Positions 29,507-38,965 of a stretch of DNA of 64,000 nucleotides are shown one piece after another. This DNA comes from Alphaproteobacteria bacterium (GTDB lineage Bacteria; Pseudomonadota; Alphaproteobacteria; MPNO01; UBA830). Both the position numbers and the translations under genes were made by a program. The notes beneath the pieces were generated by a model. That model was given only the letters and a program-made list of their open reading frames with translations. It had not been told where the DNA came from and searched no databases. The stretch covers positions 320,001-384,000 of the forward strand of contig OZ219791.1 in assembly GCA_964291215.2 (NCBI GenBank), given 5' to 3'. Position 1 is the first letter of the stretch, and each line of letters begins with the position of its first letter.

Positions 29507-30676
29507 CTATTCCGCGCAAGAGTCGTCGGTAATCCTGAACGGCGACAGGTCCGCCAGCTGCTCCATTTCGTGCGCGACGCCCTGGCGCTCGCGTTCCAGA
29601 AAATCGGCGACCGCGTCGCGAAACCCCGAATCGCGGATCCAGTGGGCGCTGTAGGTCGGCGTCGGAAGATACCCCCTGCTGATCTTGTGCGGCCCCTGCG
29701 CTCCGGCCTCGACGGTCTTGAGGCCGTGCTCGATCGCGTATTCGATCGCCCGGTAGAAGCAGCATTCGAAATACAGCATCCTGAACCGCGCCGCACAGCC
29801 CCAGTTGCGCCCGTACAGGGTCCCGGCACCACGCAGATTGAGCGCTCCGGCGACGAAATCGCCGTCATGGCGCGCCAGGAACAGAACCATCCGGTCCGCA
29901 AGCCGCTCCCTCAGGAGATGAAAGAAATCCCGGTTGAGATAGGCGTGCGCCCATTTGCGGTCGACCGTGTTGAGATAGAATTCGTAGAACGAATCCATGT
30001 GATGCGCCTTGAGGTCATCGCCGGCCAGCATCTCGATCCGGACATCCCTGTTCGCGGCCGCCCGTTCCTTGCGGATCATTTTTCGCTTGCGAGAATTCAA
30101 CGAGGCGAGGAAGTCGTCAAAGGTCGAGAAACCCTCGTTCTTCCAGTGAAACTGCTGGCCGATGCGCTGAAGAAGCCCCATGCTGCCGAACAGCTGCCAT
30201 TCCTCTTCTCGGGCGAAGGTAATGTGAAGCGACGACGCCTCGTGCTGCCTAGCCAGCTCGACGAGAGCCGCGGTGAGCAGCGCGCGCAGGCGGCCGACGT
30301 TCCCGCCCGGCCGGACCAAGAGGCGCGGCCCGGTGACCGGAGAGAACGGCACCGCGACCTGGAGCTTCGGATAGTAGCGCCCGCCGGCCCGCTGATAGGC
30401 CTCGGCCCAGCCCCAGTCGAACACGTACTCGCCATAGGAATGGTTCTTCAGGTAGCACGGAGCAACAGCCACGGTCTCGCCCTCGTCATCGATGACGAGA
30501 TGCTGCGGCAGCCAGCCTGACCCGGCCGATGCGGCCTCCGAATCCTCAAGGGTCTTCAGGAATGCATGGGATGTGAACGGGTTTTCCGTCCCGGCGCATG
30601 CGTCCCACTGACCGCACGGGATCTCATCGAGGCCGGAGAGGATCCTGACGGCGACTGCCTGGTCCCCGTCGGGCAT
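29507..30676 (-). CDS. FemAB-related GNAT protein (DUF482)
   Basis: HSYGEYVFDWGWA, YYPKL, LYGRNWG, EAGAQGPHK.RGY motifs. Confidence 0.88.
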   Translation of the reverse strand: MPDGDQAVAVRILSGLDEIPCGQWDACAGTENPFTSHAFLKTLEDSEAASAGSGWLPQHLVIDDEGETVAVAPCYLKNHSYGEYVFDWGWAEAYQRAGGRYYPKLQVAVPFSPVTGPRLLVRPGGNVGRLRALLTAALVELARQHEASSLHITFAREEEWQLFGSMGLLQRIGQQFHWKNEGFSTFDDFLASLNSRKRKMIRKERAAANRDVRIEMLAGDDLKAHHMDSFYEFYLNTVDRKWAHAYLNRDFFHLLRERLADRMVLFLARHDGDFVAGALNLRGAGTLYGRNWGCAARFRMLYFECCFYRAIEYAIEHGLKTVEAGAQGPHKISRGYLPTPTYSAHWIRDSGFRDAVADFLERERQGVAHEMEQLADLSPFRITDDSCAE

Positions 30677-30678
30677 CG

Positions 30679-31140
30679 TCACGCCACCTCGAACACCGCG
30701 TCGACCTCGACCGCCGCCCCGGACGGCAGCGAGGCAACGGCAACCGCGAAGCGTGCGTGAGCGCCATTTTCGGCACCGAGGACCTCGACGATCAGGTCCG
30801 ATGCGCCGTTGACGACCTGCGGCGGCTGCGTGAAGTCGGGGACGGCGTTGACGAACCCGCCGAGCTTGACGGCACACGCACCGTCAATGCCGTCGCCGAC
30901 GGCGGCCCTGAGCTGCGCCAGGATGTTGAGGCCGCACAGCCTGGCGGCCTCGTAGCCGTCCTCGACGGCGAGATCCCCGCCGAGCTTGCCGACGATCGAC
31001 CGTTCAGCGGTGATCGAGACCTGACCGGCGATGAAGACCTGGTTGCAGCTGATGCGGTAGGGCACGTAGTTGGCGGCCGGCTTCGGCGCTTCCGGCAGCG
31101 CGATTCCGAGTTCCTTCAGGCGTTCCTCGATTCGTCCCAT
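30679..31140 (-). CDS. RidA/YjgF family protein
   Basis: ELGIALP..PAANYVPY, VNGASDL, HARFAV..LP.GAAVEVD. Confidence 0.9.
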   Translation of the reverse strand: MGRIEERLKELGIALPEAPKPAANYVPYRISCNQVFIAGQVSITAERSIVGKLGGDLAVEDGYEAARLCGLNILAQLRAAVGDGIDGACAVKLGGFVNAVPDFTQPPQVVNGASDLIVEVLGAENGAHARFAVAVASLPSGAAVEVDAVFEVA

Positions 31141-31320
31141 GCCCCCGTATCCTCCCCTGTCCGCTGGTCCGACGATGGCGACGAGCCTATCGGGTTCGCC
31201 CGGGGGGCGCAACAATGACGCGGCGCGCCAGGAGTTGGCCGGAAACACCGGAGTGTGGACGCCGCGCGCCCGCTCTGCGATACTTGCCGCCGGCATGATC
31301 CGGCATCGCGGAGTTGCATG

Positions 31321-31677
31321 ATGACGATAGGTACGCGTCTCTATACCATGCTGTGCGGCGAACAGGCGGGCACCGATGCCCAGGGCAATCGCTACTACCG
31401 TTCGCGGCGTACGCCTGCCAGCAGAAGGGAACGGCGCTGGGTGGTGTATGACGGCGAGACCGAAGCCTCGCGGGTGCCGCCCGCATGGCATTCGTGGCTT
31501 CACCATACGACCGACGAGGTGCCGGAAGACGATGGCGGCCGGCGCTGGGACTGGCAGAAGGACCATGCGCCCAACCCGACGGGCACTGCGGCTGCCTACC
31601 GCCCGCCGGGGCACGTGCTCGAAGGCGGTGTGCGGGCACCGGCGACGAGCGACTACGAGCCTTGGCAGCCCGATTGA
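31321..31677 (+). CDS. NADH:ubiquinone oxidoreductase NDUFA12-like subunit
   Basis: GTDAQGNRYY, RRWVVY, SRVPPAWHSWLH, PNPTGT, DYEPWQP motifs. Confidence 0.9.
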   Translation: MTIGTRLYTMLCGEQAGTDAQGNRYYRSRRTPASRRERRWVVYDGETEASRVPPAWHSWLHHTTDEVPEDDGGRRWDWQKDHAPNPTGTAAAYRPPGHVLEGGVRAPATSDYEPWQPD

Positions 31678-31707
31678 TCCTGCCCCGGAGATCGCGGAGG
31701 CGGAACG

Positions 31708-32169
31708 ATGCGCAGCAATCTGATTGAGGCCATCATGGGCGCGGTCGTGCTTGTCGTGGCCGCGTTCTTCCTTGTCTTCGCATACTCGACGGCCGACATC
31801 GGCGCTGTCGACGGCTACGAGATCACCGCCCGGTTCGACCGCGCCGACGGGGTCGGGCCGGGAACCGAAGTCCGCATGAGCGGCGTCAAGATCGGCACCG
31901 TCACCGCGATGTCGCTCGACCCGAAGGACTACCTGGCGCTCGTGCGCATGACCGTAAGGCCGGATATCAGGATTCCCGACGACACCTCGATTTCCGTTGC
32001 CTCCGACGGTCTTCTCGGCGACGCGTTCCTCAACCTGTCGCCGGGAGGTTCCGACGACATGCTCGCCGCGGGCGGGGAAATCGAGATCACGCAGGGCTCC
32101 GTGGACCTGATCTCACTGCTCGGCCGGGCGATGTTCAGCGGAACGGAGGACAATGGCAAGTCCGAGTAG
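31708..32169 (+). CDS. mlaD: Outer membrane lipid asymmetry protein MlaD (MCE domain)
   Basis: N-terminal TM helix; VRMSGVKIGTV, GLLGDAFLNLSPGG. Confidence 0.88.
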   Translation: MRSNLIEAIMGAVVLVVAAFFLVFAYSTADIGAVDGYEITARFDRADGVGPGTEVRMSGVKIGTVTAMSLDPKDYLALVRMTVRPDIRIPDDTSISVASDGLLGDAFLNLSPGGSDDMLAAGGEIEITQGSVDLISLLGRAMFSGTEDNGKSE

Positions 32170-32944
32170 GGGCGGTGCGACGGCATCGCAGGCGCTGCAG
32201 TCCTGGGACCCCGGCCGCTACGCCAGAAACGCCCGTTTCGTCGCCGATCTCGGAGAACCCCTGATCGCGCTGCTGGATCCGCGGCCCGGAGAGCGGATTC
32301 TCGACATCGGTTGCGGCGACGGCGCGCTCACCCTCAAGCTCGCGGAGACGGGAGCCGCCGTGGTCGGAATCGACAGCGCCCCCGAACAGGTTCGCGCCGC
32401 CCGTGCGCTCGGCCTCGACGCCCATGTCGCCGACGGACAGATCCTTGCCTTCGACGGCGAGTTCGACGGCATCCTGAGCAACGCGGCGCTTCACTGGATG
32501 CGGCATGCCGACGCGGCCATAGACAGCATGTGGCGCGCGCTTCGCCCGGGCGGCAGGATCGCGGCCGAGATGGGCGGCAAAGGCAACGTCGCAACCATTC
32601 ACGCCGCCCTCGTCGGCGAGCTGGAACGCCTCGGGATTGACGCAGCGGCCGCGGATCCGTGGTATTTCCCGACGGCCGCCGACTACCGGCAGCGCCTCGA
32701 GGGTGCCGGTTTCCGGGTCGAGCGGATCGAGCTCCTTCCGCGTCCGACACCGCTGCCGGGAGAGCTCGCGGACTGGCTCCAGACGTTTGGCGAATCCTTC
32801 TTTGCCGCGGCTCCCGCAGAACAGCAGCACGCCCTGATCGACAATGTCGTGCGGACGGCCGGGCCGGCGCTGCGCCAGGATGACGGCAGCTGGGTCGCGG
32901 ACTATGTCCGCCTCCGCTTCCTTGCCGTGAAACCGCCGGAATGA
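32153..32944 (+). CDS. Class I SAM-dependent methyltransferase (Tam-like)
   Basis: ILDIGCGDG, SNAALHW, DYVRLRF motifs. Confidence 0.88.
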   Translation: MASPSRGGATASQALQSWDPGRYARNARFVADLGEPLIALLDPRPGERILDIGCGDGALTLKLAETGAAVVGIDSAPEQVRAARALGLDAHVADGQILAFDGEFDGILSNAALHWMRHADAAIDSMWRALRPGGRIAAEMGGKGNVATIHAALVGELERLGIDAAAADPWYFPTAADYRQRLEGAGFRVERIELLPRPTPLPGELADWLQTFGESFFAAAPAEQQHALIDNVVRTAGPALRQDDGSWVADYVRLRFLAVKPPE

Positions 32945-33384
32945 TTCCCCCCTTGCATCCCCTTCACGGCCTCGTCCTCGCTGCAGCCCTCGCGGCGACT
33001 CCGGCACCGCCGGTGCCAGGCGTCGCGGTGCTGCAGGGACTCGACAAGATTACGGCGCGCGTCACCACCATAGAGGCGCCGCTTGGAACGGTCGTGCGCT
33101 TCGGGACCCTCGAGATTCTGGCGCGGCGCTGCCACAAGCGCCCGCCCGAGGAACCGCCCGAGAAGACGGCCTTTCTCGAGATCCGCGAACGGCGGCCCGG
33201 GGAACCGGCGGCGCGCCTCTTCTCGGGGTGGATGTTCGCCTCGAGCCCGGCTGTCTCGGCGCTCGAACACCCGGTCTACGACGTCTGGGTGGTCGATTGC
33301 AGAAACGCGGCGAGTTCCGACCTGTCAAGGGAGGGCTCGAAGGTCGCGGGCCGGTCGAGCGCTGCCGCCAGTCGCTGGCGGTAG
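32941..33384 (+). CDS. DUF2155 family protein
   Basis: [30 protein letters not shown]. Confidence 0.85.
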   Translation: MIPPLHPLHGLVLAAALAATPAPPVPGVAVLQGLDKITARVTTIEAPLGTVVRFGTLEILARRCHKRPPEEPPEKTAFLEIRERRPGEPAARLFSGWMFASSPAVSALEHPVYDVWVVDCRNAASSDLSREGSKVAGRSSAAASRWR

Positions 33385-33926
33385 CCCGCGCGCGAGACGG
33401 CAACAACCCCGAAACTGGCCAGATGGTCGGTGACGAACTGGGTGTCGAGCAGCATGAAACCGGCCTTGCAGAGCCGCGCAACGAGATGGACGAGAGCAAT
33501 CTTGCTAGCGTCGCGCGCACGGCTGAACATGCTTTCGCCGAAGAACGCGGCATTGAGCGCCACGCCGTAGAGCCCTCCCGCGAGCTCCCGCCCGTGCCAG
33601 ACCTCGACACTGTGGGCGCGCCCCATGCGGTTGAGTTCGACATAGAGTGAGATGATCTCGTCATTGATCCACGAATCGTCGCTGTATCCGCGGGGTTCGG
33701 CGCAGGCCCGTATCACGGATTCGAAGGCCGTGTCGCAACGGATCTCGTAGGGGCACGCGCGAACGGTCCGCCGCAGACGCCGCGAGACATGAAACGAGTC
33801 GAGCGGCAGGATGCCGCGAACCTCGGGGTCGACCCAGTAGAGGGTCGGATCGTCCCTCTGTTCGGCCATGGGGAACAGGCCAGCCGCGTAGGCGCGCAGA
33901 ACGACTTCGGGCGTCAGAACGGACAT
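33276..33926 (-). CDS. aat: Leucyl/phenylalanyl-tRNA--protein transferase
   Basis: [40 protein letters not shown] motifs. Confidence 0.95.
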   Translation of the reverse strand: MSVLTPEVVLRAYAAGLFPMAEQRDDPTLYWVDPEVRGILPLDSFHVSRRLRRTVRACPYEIRCDTAFESVIRACAEPRGYSDDSWINDEIISLYVELNRMGRAHSVEVWHGRELAGGLYGVALNAAFFGESMFSRARDASKIALVHLVARLCKAGFMLLDTQFVTDHLASFGVVAVSRAGYRQRLAAALDRPATFEPSLDRSELAAFLQSTTQTS

Positions 33927-33956
33927 CGCTGCCGTGCCGGCCGGTCGCCGGCCGCG

Positions 33957-35309
33957 TCAGGCCAGGCTGCCCCCGGCTCCAATGACCTTCTCCAGCCAGT
34001 GGATGTCGTAATTGCCATCCACGAAATCGCTATTCGCGATGATCCGCTGATGCAGCGGGATGGTGCTCCGTATCCCGCCGATCACGTATTCTTCAAGAGC
34101 CCGACGCAGCCGCATCAGGCATTCCTCCCGGTCGGTGCCGTGGACGATCAGCTTCGACACGAGGCTGTCGTAGTAGGGTGGTACCTCATAACCCGAATAC
34201 AGGCCGGAGTCGACGCGGACACCGAGTCCGCCGGGCGGATGGTAGTCGGTGACGCGCCCCGGAGAAGGAGCGAACGTCTCGGGATCCTCGGCATTGACGC
34301 GGCATTCGATGGCATGGCCAGAAAATGCGACATCGGACTGCGCTAGCGACAGCGGCTCGCCGGACGCGACCCTGATCTGTTCGCGCACAAGGTCGATGCC
34401 GGTGATCATTTCGGTGACCGGGTGTTCGACCTGGAGCCGGGTGTTCATCTCGATGAAGCTGAAAGCGCCATCCTCGTACAGGAACTCGATAGTCCCGGCG
34501 TTCCGGTAGCCTATGCGGCGCATGGCCTCGGCCGCGATTTCCCCGATTTCCTGGCGGCGCCTGTCATCGAGAACGGGTGATCGCGCCTCCTCGAGCACCT
34601 TCTGATGGCGGCGCTGCAGCGAGCAGTCACGCTCGCCGAGATGGATGGCGTTGCCATGGGCGTCGCCGAAGACCTGGATTTCGATATGGCGAGGGGTTTC
34701 GAGGCACTTCTCGACATAGACCTCGTCATTGCCGAAGCTGGCCCCGGCCTCGGCCCGTGCGACCGAGAAGGATTCCTCCAGCGCATCCGGCGAGCGCACG
34801 ATCTTTATGCCCCGGCCGCCGCCGCCAGCAGATGCCTTGATCAGGACCGGATAGCCGATGTCGTCGGCGATCTTGCGAGCCTCTTCGGTGGAAGCGACCC
34901 CGCCTCCAGATCCAGGGAGGACCGGAATGCCGGCTTCCGCAACAGCGTTGCGGGCGGCAATCTTGTCTCCCATCAGCGCGATGTGGTCCGATGACGGTCC
35001 GATGAATGCGAGGCCATGCTCTTCAAGTATCGCCGCAAAACCCGCGTTCTCGGAAAGGAAACCATATCCCGGATGCACCGCGTCCGCACCGACGACCATG
35101 GCCGCGGACACGATTGACGGTATGTTGAGGTAGCTGCCAGCGGCGGACGGCGGCCCGATGCACACGCTCTCGTCGGCAAGGCGCACATGCATCGCGTCGG
35201 CATCGGCGGTCGAATGGACGGCCACCGTCCGTATCCCCATCTCGCGACAGGTACGATGGATGCGAAGCGCGACCTCGCCACGATTGGCGATCAGGATCTT
35301 GTTTAACAT
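33957..35309 (-). CDS. accC: Acetyl-CoA carboxylase biotin carboxylase
   Basis: KILIANRGE, HPGYGFLSEN, ERDCSLQRRHQK, EMNTRLQVEH motifs. Confidence 0.97.
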   Translation of the reverse strand: MLNKILIANRGEVALRIHRTCREMGIRTVAVHSTADADAMHVRLADESVCIGPPSAAGSYLNIPSIVSAAMVVGADAVHPGYGFLSENAGFAAILEEHGLAFIGPSSDHIALMGDKIAARNAVAEAGIPVLPGSGGGVASTEEARKIADDIGYPVLIKASAGGGGRGIKIVRSPDALEESFSVARAEAGASFGNDEVYVEKCLETPRHIEIQVFGDAHGNAIHLGERDCSLQRRHQKVLEEARSPVLDDRRRQEIGEIAAEAMRRIGYRNAGTIEFLYEDGAFSFIEMNTRLQVEHPVTEMITGIDLVREQIRVASGEPLSLAQSDVAFSGHAIECRVNAEDPETFAPSPGRVTDYHPPGGLGVRVDSGLYSGYEVPPYYDSLVSKLIVHGTDREECLMRLRRALEEYVIGGIRSTIPLHQRIIANSDFVDGNYDIHWLEKVIGAGGSLA

Positions 35310-35338
35310 CTCGACGATTCGCGACCGCGCAGCCGGCC

Positions 35339-35785
35339 CTATTCGATGATCATGAGATCTTCGCCGAACTCGACCGGATCAGTGTCGCCGACGATTATGC
35401 GGGTCACCGTTCCGGCCCGTGGCGCGCGCACCGGATTGAACGTCTTCATCGCCTCGATCAGCGCAACCGTCTGCTGCTCGGTCACCGCGTCGCCGATCCT
35501 GACGAACGGATCGGCGCCGGGCTGCGGCGCCAGGTAGACGGTGCCCACCATCGGCGCCGTGACCGGAACTCCGGCAGCCTGAGGAGGATCGGGCGGCGGC
35601 AACGCCTCAGGCGGCGCAGCGACGACTGGCTGATCGGCAACCTCCCGGACGGGCCCGGCGGCACCACGCACAACGCGCACCCGCCGTCCGCCCGCCTCAT
35701 ACTCGATCTCGGTAAGGCCGGTCTCGCTCAGCAATCCGGCCAGCTTGCGCACGAGCGCGTCGTCAATGTCGAACTTGCCGGCCAT
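35339..35785 (-). CDS. accB: Biotin carboxyl carrier protein
   Basis: APMVGT and the EAMK biotinylation motif; adjacent to accC. Confidence 0.95.
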   Translation of the reverse strand: MAGKFDIDDALVRKLAGLLSETGLTEIEYEAGGRRVRVVRGAAGPVREVADQPVVAAPPEALPPPDPPQAAGVPVTAPMVGTVYLAPQPGADPFVRIGDAVTEQQTVALIEAMKTFNPVRAPRAGTVTRIIVGDTDPVEFGEDLMIIE

Positions 35786-36243
35786 CAACCTTCCTCCCCA
35801 AGCCTGATCAGCTGAACCATCGCGTCGATCGCCAGAAGATAGCCCTGCGAACCGAACCCGGAAATCACGCCGACCGCCACCGCGGAGACATGGGAATGGC
35901 TGCGGAACGAGTCGCGGCGATAGATGTTCGAGAGGTGCACTTCGACCACGGGAAGCGCGGTGAGCGCAAGCGCATCCATGATGGCCACGGACGTGTGGGT
36001 GTAGGCTGCCGGGTTGATGATGATGCCCGTCGCCGAATCCCGGGCATGCTGGATCCAGTCGACAAGCTCGGCTTCGCTGTTGCTCTGCCGGAAATCGACC
36101 TCGACCTCTGCAGCGCGTGCGCGGGCAAGGCAAGCCTTCCGAATATCGTCGAGCGTCTGATGCCCGTAGATTTCGGGTTCGCGAACTCCAAGCATGTTGA
36201 GGTTCGGACCGTTCAGCACAAGAATTCGAGGTGATGGCGTCAC
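35785..36243 (-). CDS. aroQ: Type II 3-dehydroquinate dehydratase
   Basis: [32 protein letters not shown] motifs. Confidence 0.95.
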   Translation of the reverse strand: MTPSPRILVLNGPNLNMLGVREPEIYGHQTLDDIRKACLARARAAEVEVDFRQSNSEAELVDWIQHARDSATGIIINPAAYTHTSVAIMDALALTALPVVEVHLSNIYRRDSFRSHSHVSAVAVGVISGFGSQGYLLAIDAMVQLIRLGEEG

Positions 36244-36447
36244 ATCGTCTCCCGTGGTCCCGGCAGGGAACGCGGCCGGGCATATGCCGGAGACGACAAG
36301 CCTTATAAACCGGTTCCGGTTGCGACGGACCGTCACCACGACAGGAGAAGGCAGCGGGATTTCCCCCTCCGGCCGCAGGGAATGCGTGCGGAGTATACCG
36401 CCCGCGAACCGAATCTAGCAAGAATCGGGGCCCCGCCCGCACGACAA

Positions 36448-38488
36448 TCTCACGCCAGGTTTGTTGGAAGGTTTGGTGCCGTTTTTTTCCGGATGATTCG
36501 CATTTTCGCTGGCTTTTTGTGAAGCGGTGTAGTATCCGTTGTCGTGATGGAAGAGGCAGCGGATTTTTTTGAGACGACTCTGGAGGGTTTTGCGCTCCGG
36601 GATGTGGTTGTGCGCCTTGCGCGGCCTGATGAGGTATGTCGCTGGAATCGTGTCGTTGACCGTCATCACTATCTTGGTTTCAAGCAGTTTGCCGGTCGAG
36701 GTCTGCGCTACGTGTTCACTTGGCGCGGGCGGTGGATTGGCGCTGCGGGCTGGCAGACGGGCGCCTTCAGCTGTGCGCCGCGGGACCGTTGGATTGGCTG
36801 GCGCCGCGAGGAACAGTTTGAGCGGTTGCACCTGATCGGAAACAACACGAGGTTTGTTGTTCTTGGTGGTCGCCGAGTGTTTCCGAGCCTTGCCTCGTTT
36901 GCGTTGTCGCGGATGGTGCGGCGTCTCAGCGGCGACTGGGAGGCTGCGTACGGCAATCCGTTGCTTGTTGCGGAGTCGTTTGTCTCGCCGACGAAGTTCA
37001 GCGGCGCCATGTACAAGGCGGCGAGCTGGGAGTGCGTTGGCAGAAGCAAGGGTTATGCGCGCGCCAGCGGGCGCTATACCGACCGGCACGGGGAGGCGAA
37101 GGATCTTTACGTGTTTCCGCTGCGTCGTGACGCCTGTCGTCGGCTGCGGGATCGTTCGCCGCTTCCTGCGGCGTGGGAGTTGCGGGCGACGCTGAGCGGC
37201 CGGTCGGCGCGGGAGTTGCGCTCGATTTATCAGCATTTTGCGGCGCTTTCCGACTTCCGGCGCGCGCAGGGGCGCAAGCACCCCGTCGCCTCGGTACTGT
37301 GCGTGATTTTGCTGGCGCGGCTTGCAAACCGGCACGGCGCGGTTGCGGCGGCGCGCTACGCGAAAGCGATGACGCAGAAGGAGCTGGCGCAGATCGGCGC
37401 GTGGAAGAACAGGGACACCGGCAGGTATGAGCCGGTCTCCAAATCGACCGTGCACCGGGTGCTGCAGAACACCGACCCGGGATGGATCGAGGATGCTCTG
37501 CAGCCTTGGGTGCAGCCGCGCCTGCAGGTCGGCAACGCGATCGCGGTCGACGGCAAGCGCGGCCGCACCGGCGAGGATCATTACGAGACGGTCTCGCTGA
37601 TCGAGCACGGGACCGATATGCCGGTCTCGATCCTCAACTGTCACGACGGGGAGATCGCTGCCGTCCACGCCGCGCTCGAGACGGCGCCGGTTGCCGGCCG
37701 TCTGCTCACCCTCGACGCGCTCCACACCACCCGCGAGACCGCGCGGCTGATCGTCGAGACTCATCGCGCGGACTGGATGATGACGGTCAAGGGCAACGCG
37801 CCCGAAACCTTCAAGACCTTCGAGAGCATCAACTGGAAGACCGTGAGCACGGGGCGCTATAGCGAAAAGCCCGCGCATGGCCGCCAGCGCACCATCGAGG
37901 TCTTCACCCCGCTGGCGAAGATGATCAACTATCCCCACGTCAAGCAGATCTTCCGCGTCACCCGGCACATCGAATTCAGGAAATCCGGAAAACGGACAAC
38001 CGAGCAGGCCTACGGCATGACCTCGGTCGAGGCCGATCGCGCCTCGCCGCAACAGTTGCTCGGATGGAATCGCGGACACCGGGGGGTCGAGAGCCATCAT
38101 CATGTCCGCGACGCCACCTTCCACGAAGACGACTCCATGCTCCGGACCGGCAACGCGCCCGCAAATAACGCGATCACCCTCGCAATCGCCGTCATCATCC
38201 ACAACAAGCTGCGCAAACCCTTCAACAGCTTCGTCGACACCACCATGGCGACAAGCGCAAGCAGGTCCTGCACGCAATCATGAGATCCGGCTGACCGCGC
38301 CTCTCTCCCCGACAGAAACCGCAAGCTTTCGAGCCCGGCAACCAAGGCCTCTCGCTCGCCCCGGATACGCCGACCAATCGCGCCCCGCGCTGCAACAGCG
38401 CGTCAGCAAATCTCAAAATCGCAGCTTCGAACGCGTCGACCCGCGCCGCGATCAGGACTCCGATCACATCACATCAACAAGCATGAGA
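36448..38488 (+). mobile_element. DUF4338-ISAs1 fusion element
   Basis: Short inverted ends TCTCACGC...GCATGAGA bracket the fusion ORF; ends tentative. Confidence 0.6.
36544..38283 (+). CDS. DUF4338 (DruA/Mom-like) domain fused to an ISAs1-family DDE transposase
   Basis: N-half: HHYLG, LRYV, RDRWIGW, NNTRF, ESFV, GAMYKAASWECVG.SKG. C-half: DFRRAQGRKH, AVDGK, TLDALH, VKGN, HVRDATFHED. Confidence 0.85.
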   Translation: MMEEAADFFETTLEGFALRDVVVRLARPDEVCRWNRVVDRHHYLGFKQFAGRGLRYVFTWRGRWIGAAGWQTGAFSCAPRDRWIGWRREEQFERLHLIGNNTRFVVLGGRRVFPSLASFALSRMVRRLSGDWEAAYGNPLLVAESFVSPTKFSGAMYKAASWECVGRSKGYARASGRYTDRHGEAKDLYVFPLRRDACRRLRDRSPLPAAWELRATLSGRSARELRSIYQHFAALSDFRRAQGRKHPVASVLCVILLARLANRHGAVAAARYAKAMTQKELAQIGAWKNRDTGRYEPVSKSTVHRVLQNTDPGWIEDALQPWVQPRLQVGNAIAVDGKRGRTGEDHYETVSLIEHGTDMPVSILNCHDGEIAAVHAALETAPVAGRLLTLDALHTTRETARLIVETHRADWMMTVKGNAPETFKTFESINWKTVSTGRYSEKPAHGRQRTIEVFTPLAKMINYPHVKQIFRVTRHIEFRKSGKRTTEQAYGMTSVEADRASPQQLLGWNRGHRGVESHHHVRDATFHEDDSMLRTGNAPANNAITLAIAVIIHNKLRKPFNSFVDTTMATSASRSCTQS

Positions 38489-38965
38489 TCATCTTGCCCC
38501 GCCCGCCTACACCGCCGGGCCGGGATTCGACGGCCCGTTTCGAACGCTTCGTCCGCCGGGAGAGCGTGCAACCCAGAGAGTCGGCGCACCCCCGGATCGG
38601 AGTCGCAACCTGCATAACTCGCCGCGCAGAAACGACGCGCGGAGAGTCCCGGGATCGTGACGGCCCGACTCCGCATCCCCCTTGTCCTGCCGGCGATCCG
38701 ACGGGCTGTCCGGTTCGGCGATCCATGACCATGGACAGGCGCCCGTGGTCCGGTTCTGGACAGGAGGGCGTCGCCCCGCGGCACCTCGTCCGGACACGGC
38801 GGGCGACCGGTTCGGTGCCCAGACACGTAGTGGCGCGCCCGCGGCGATCATCCGATTCCAGCCTTGAACCGCACTAGGCAAGAGTTGCACGCGGGAGGCT
38901 TTGCGTACGGGCCGGACAGGGATTAGAACCCTCGTTCCTGCCCTGATCCAAGGCGGTGGCGGCGC

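Noticed and set aside
36439-38279. GCACG(A)CAATC near-direct repeat as the ISAs1 target duplication
   Set aside because: The second copy lies inside the transposase coding tail and no inverted repeat abuts it; probably chance.
36544-38283. Druantia anti-phage system
   Set aside because: Only the DUF4338 domain is present, fused to a transposase; no DruE helicase or other dru genes are in the window.
38489-38965. Possible ncRNA (tmRNA-like GGGATTCGAC, or a speF-type leader before the ornithine decarboxylase)
   Set aside because: No convincing tRNA-like ends or recognisable leader consensus by eye; an Rfam/Infernal scan would be needed.
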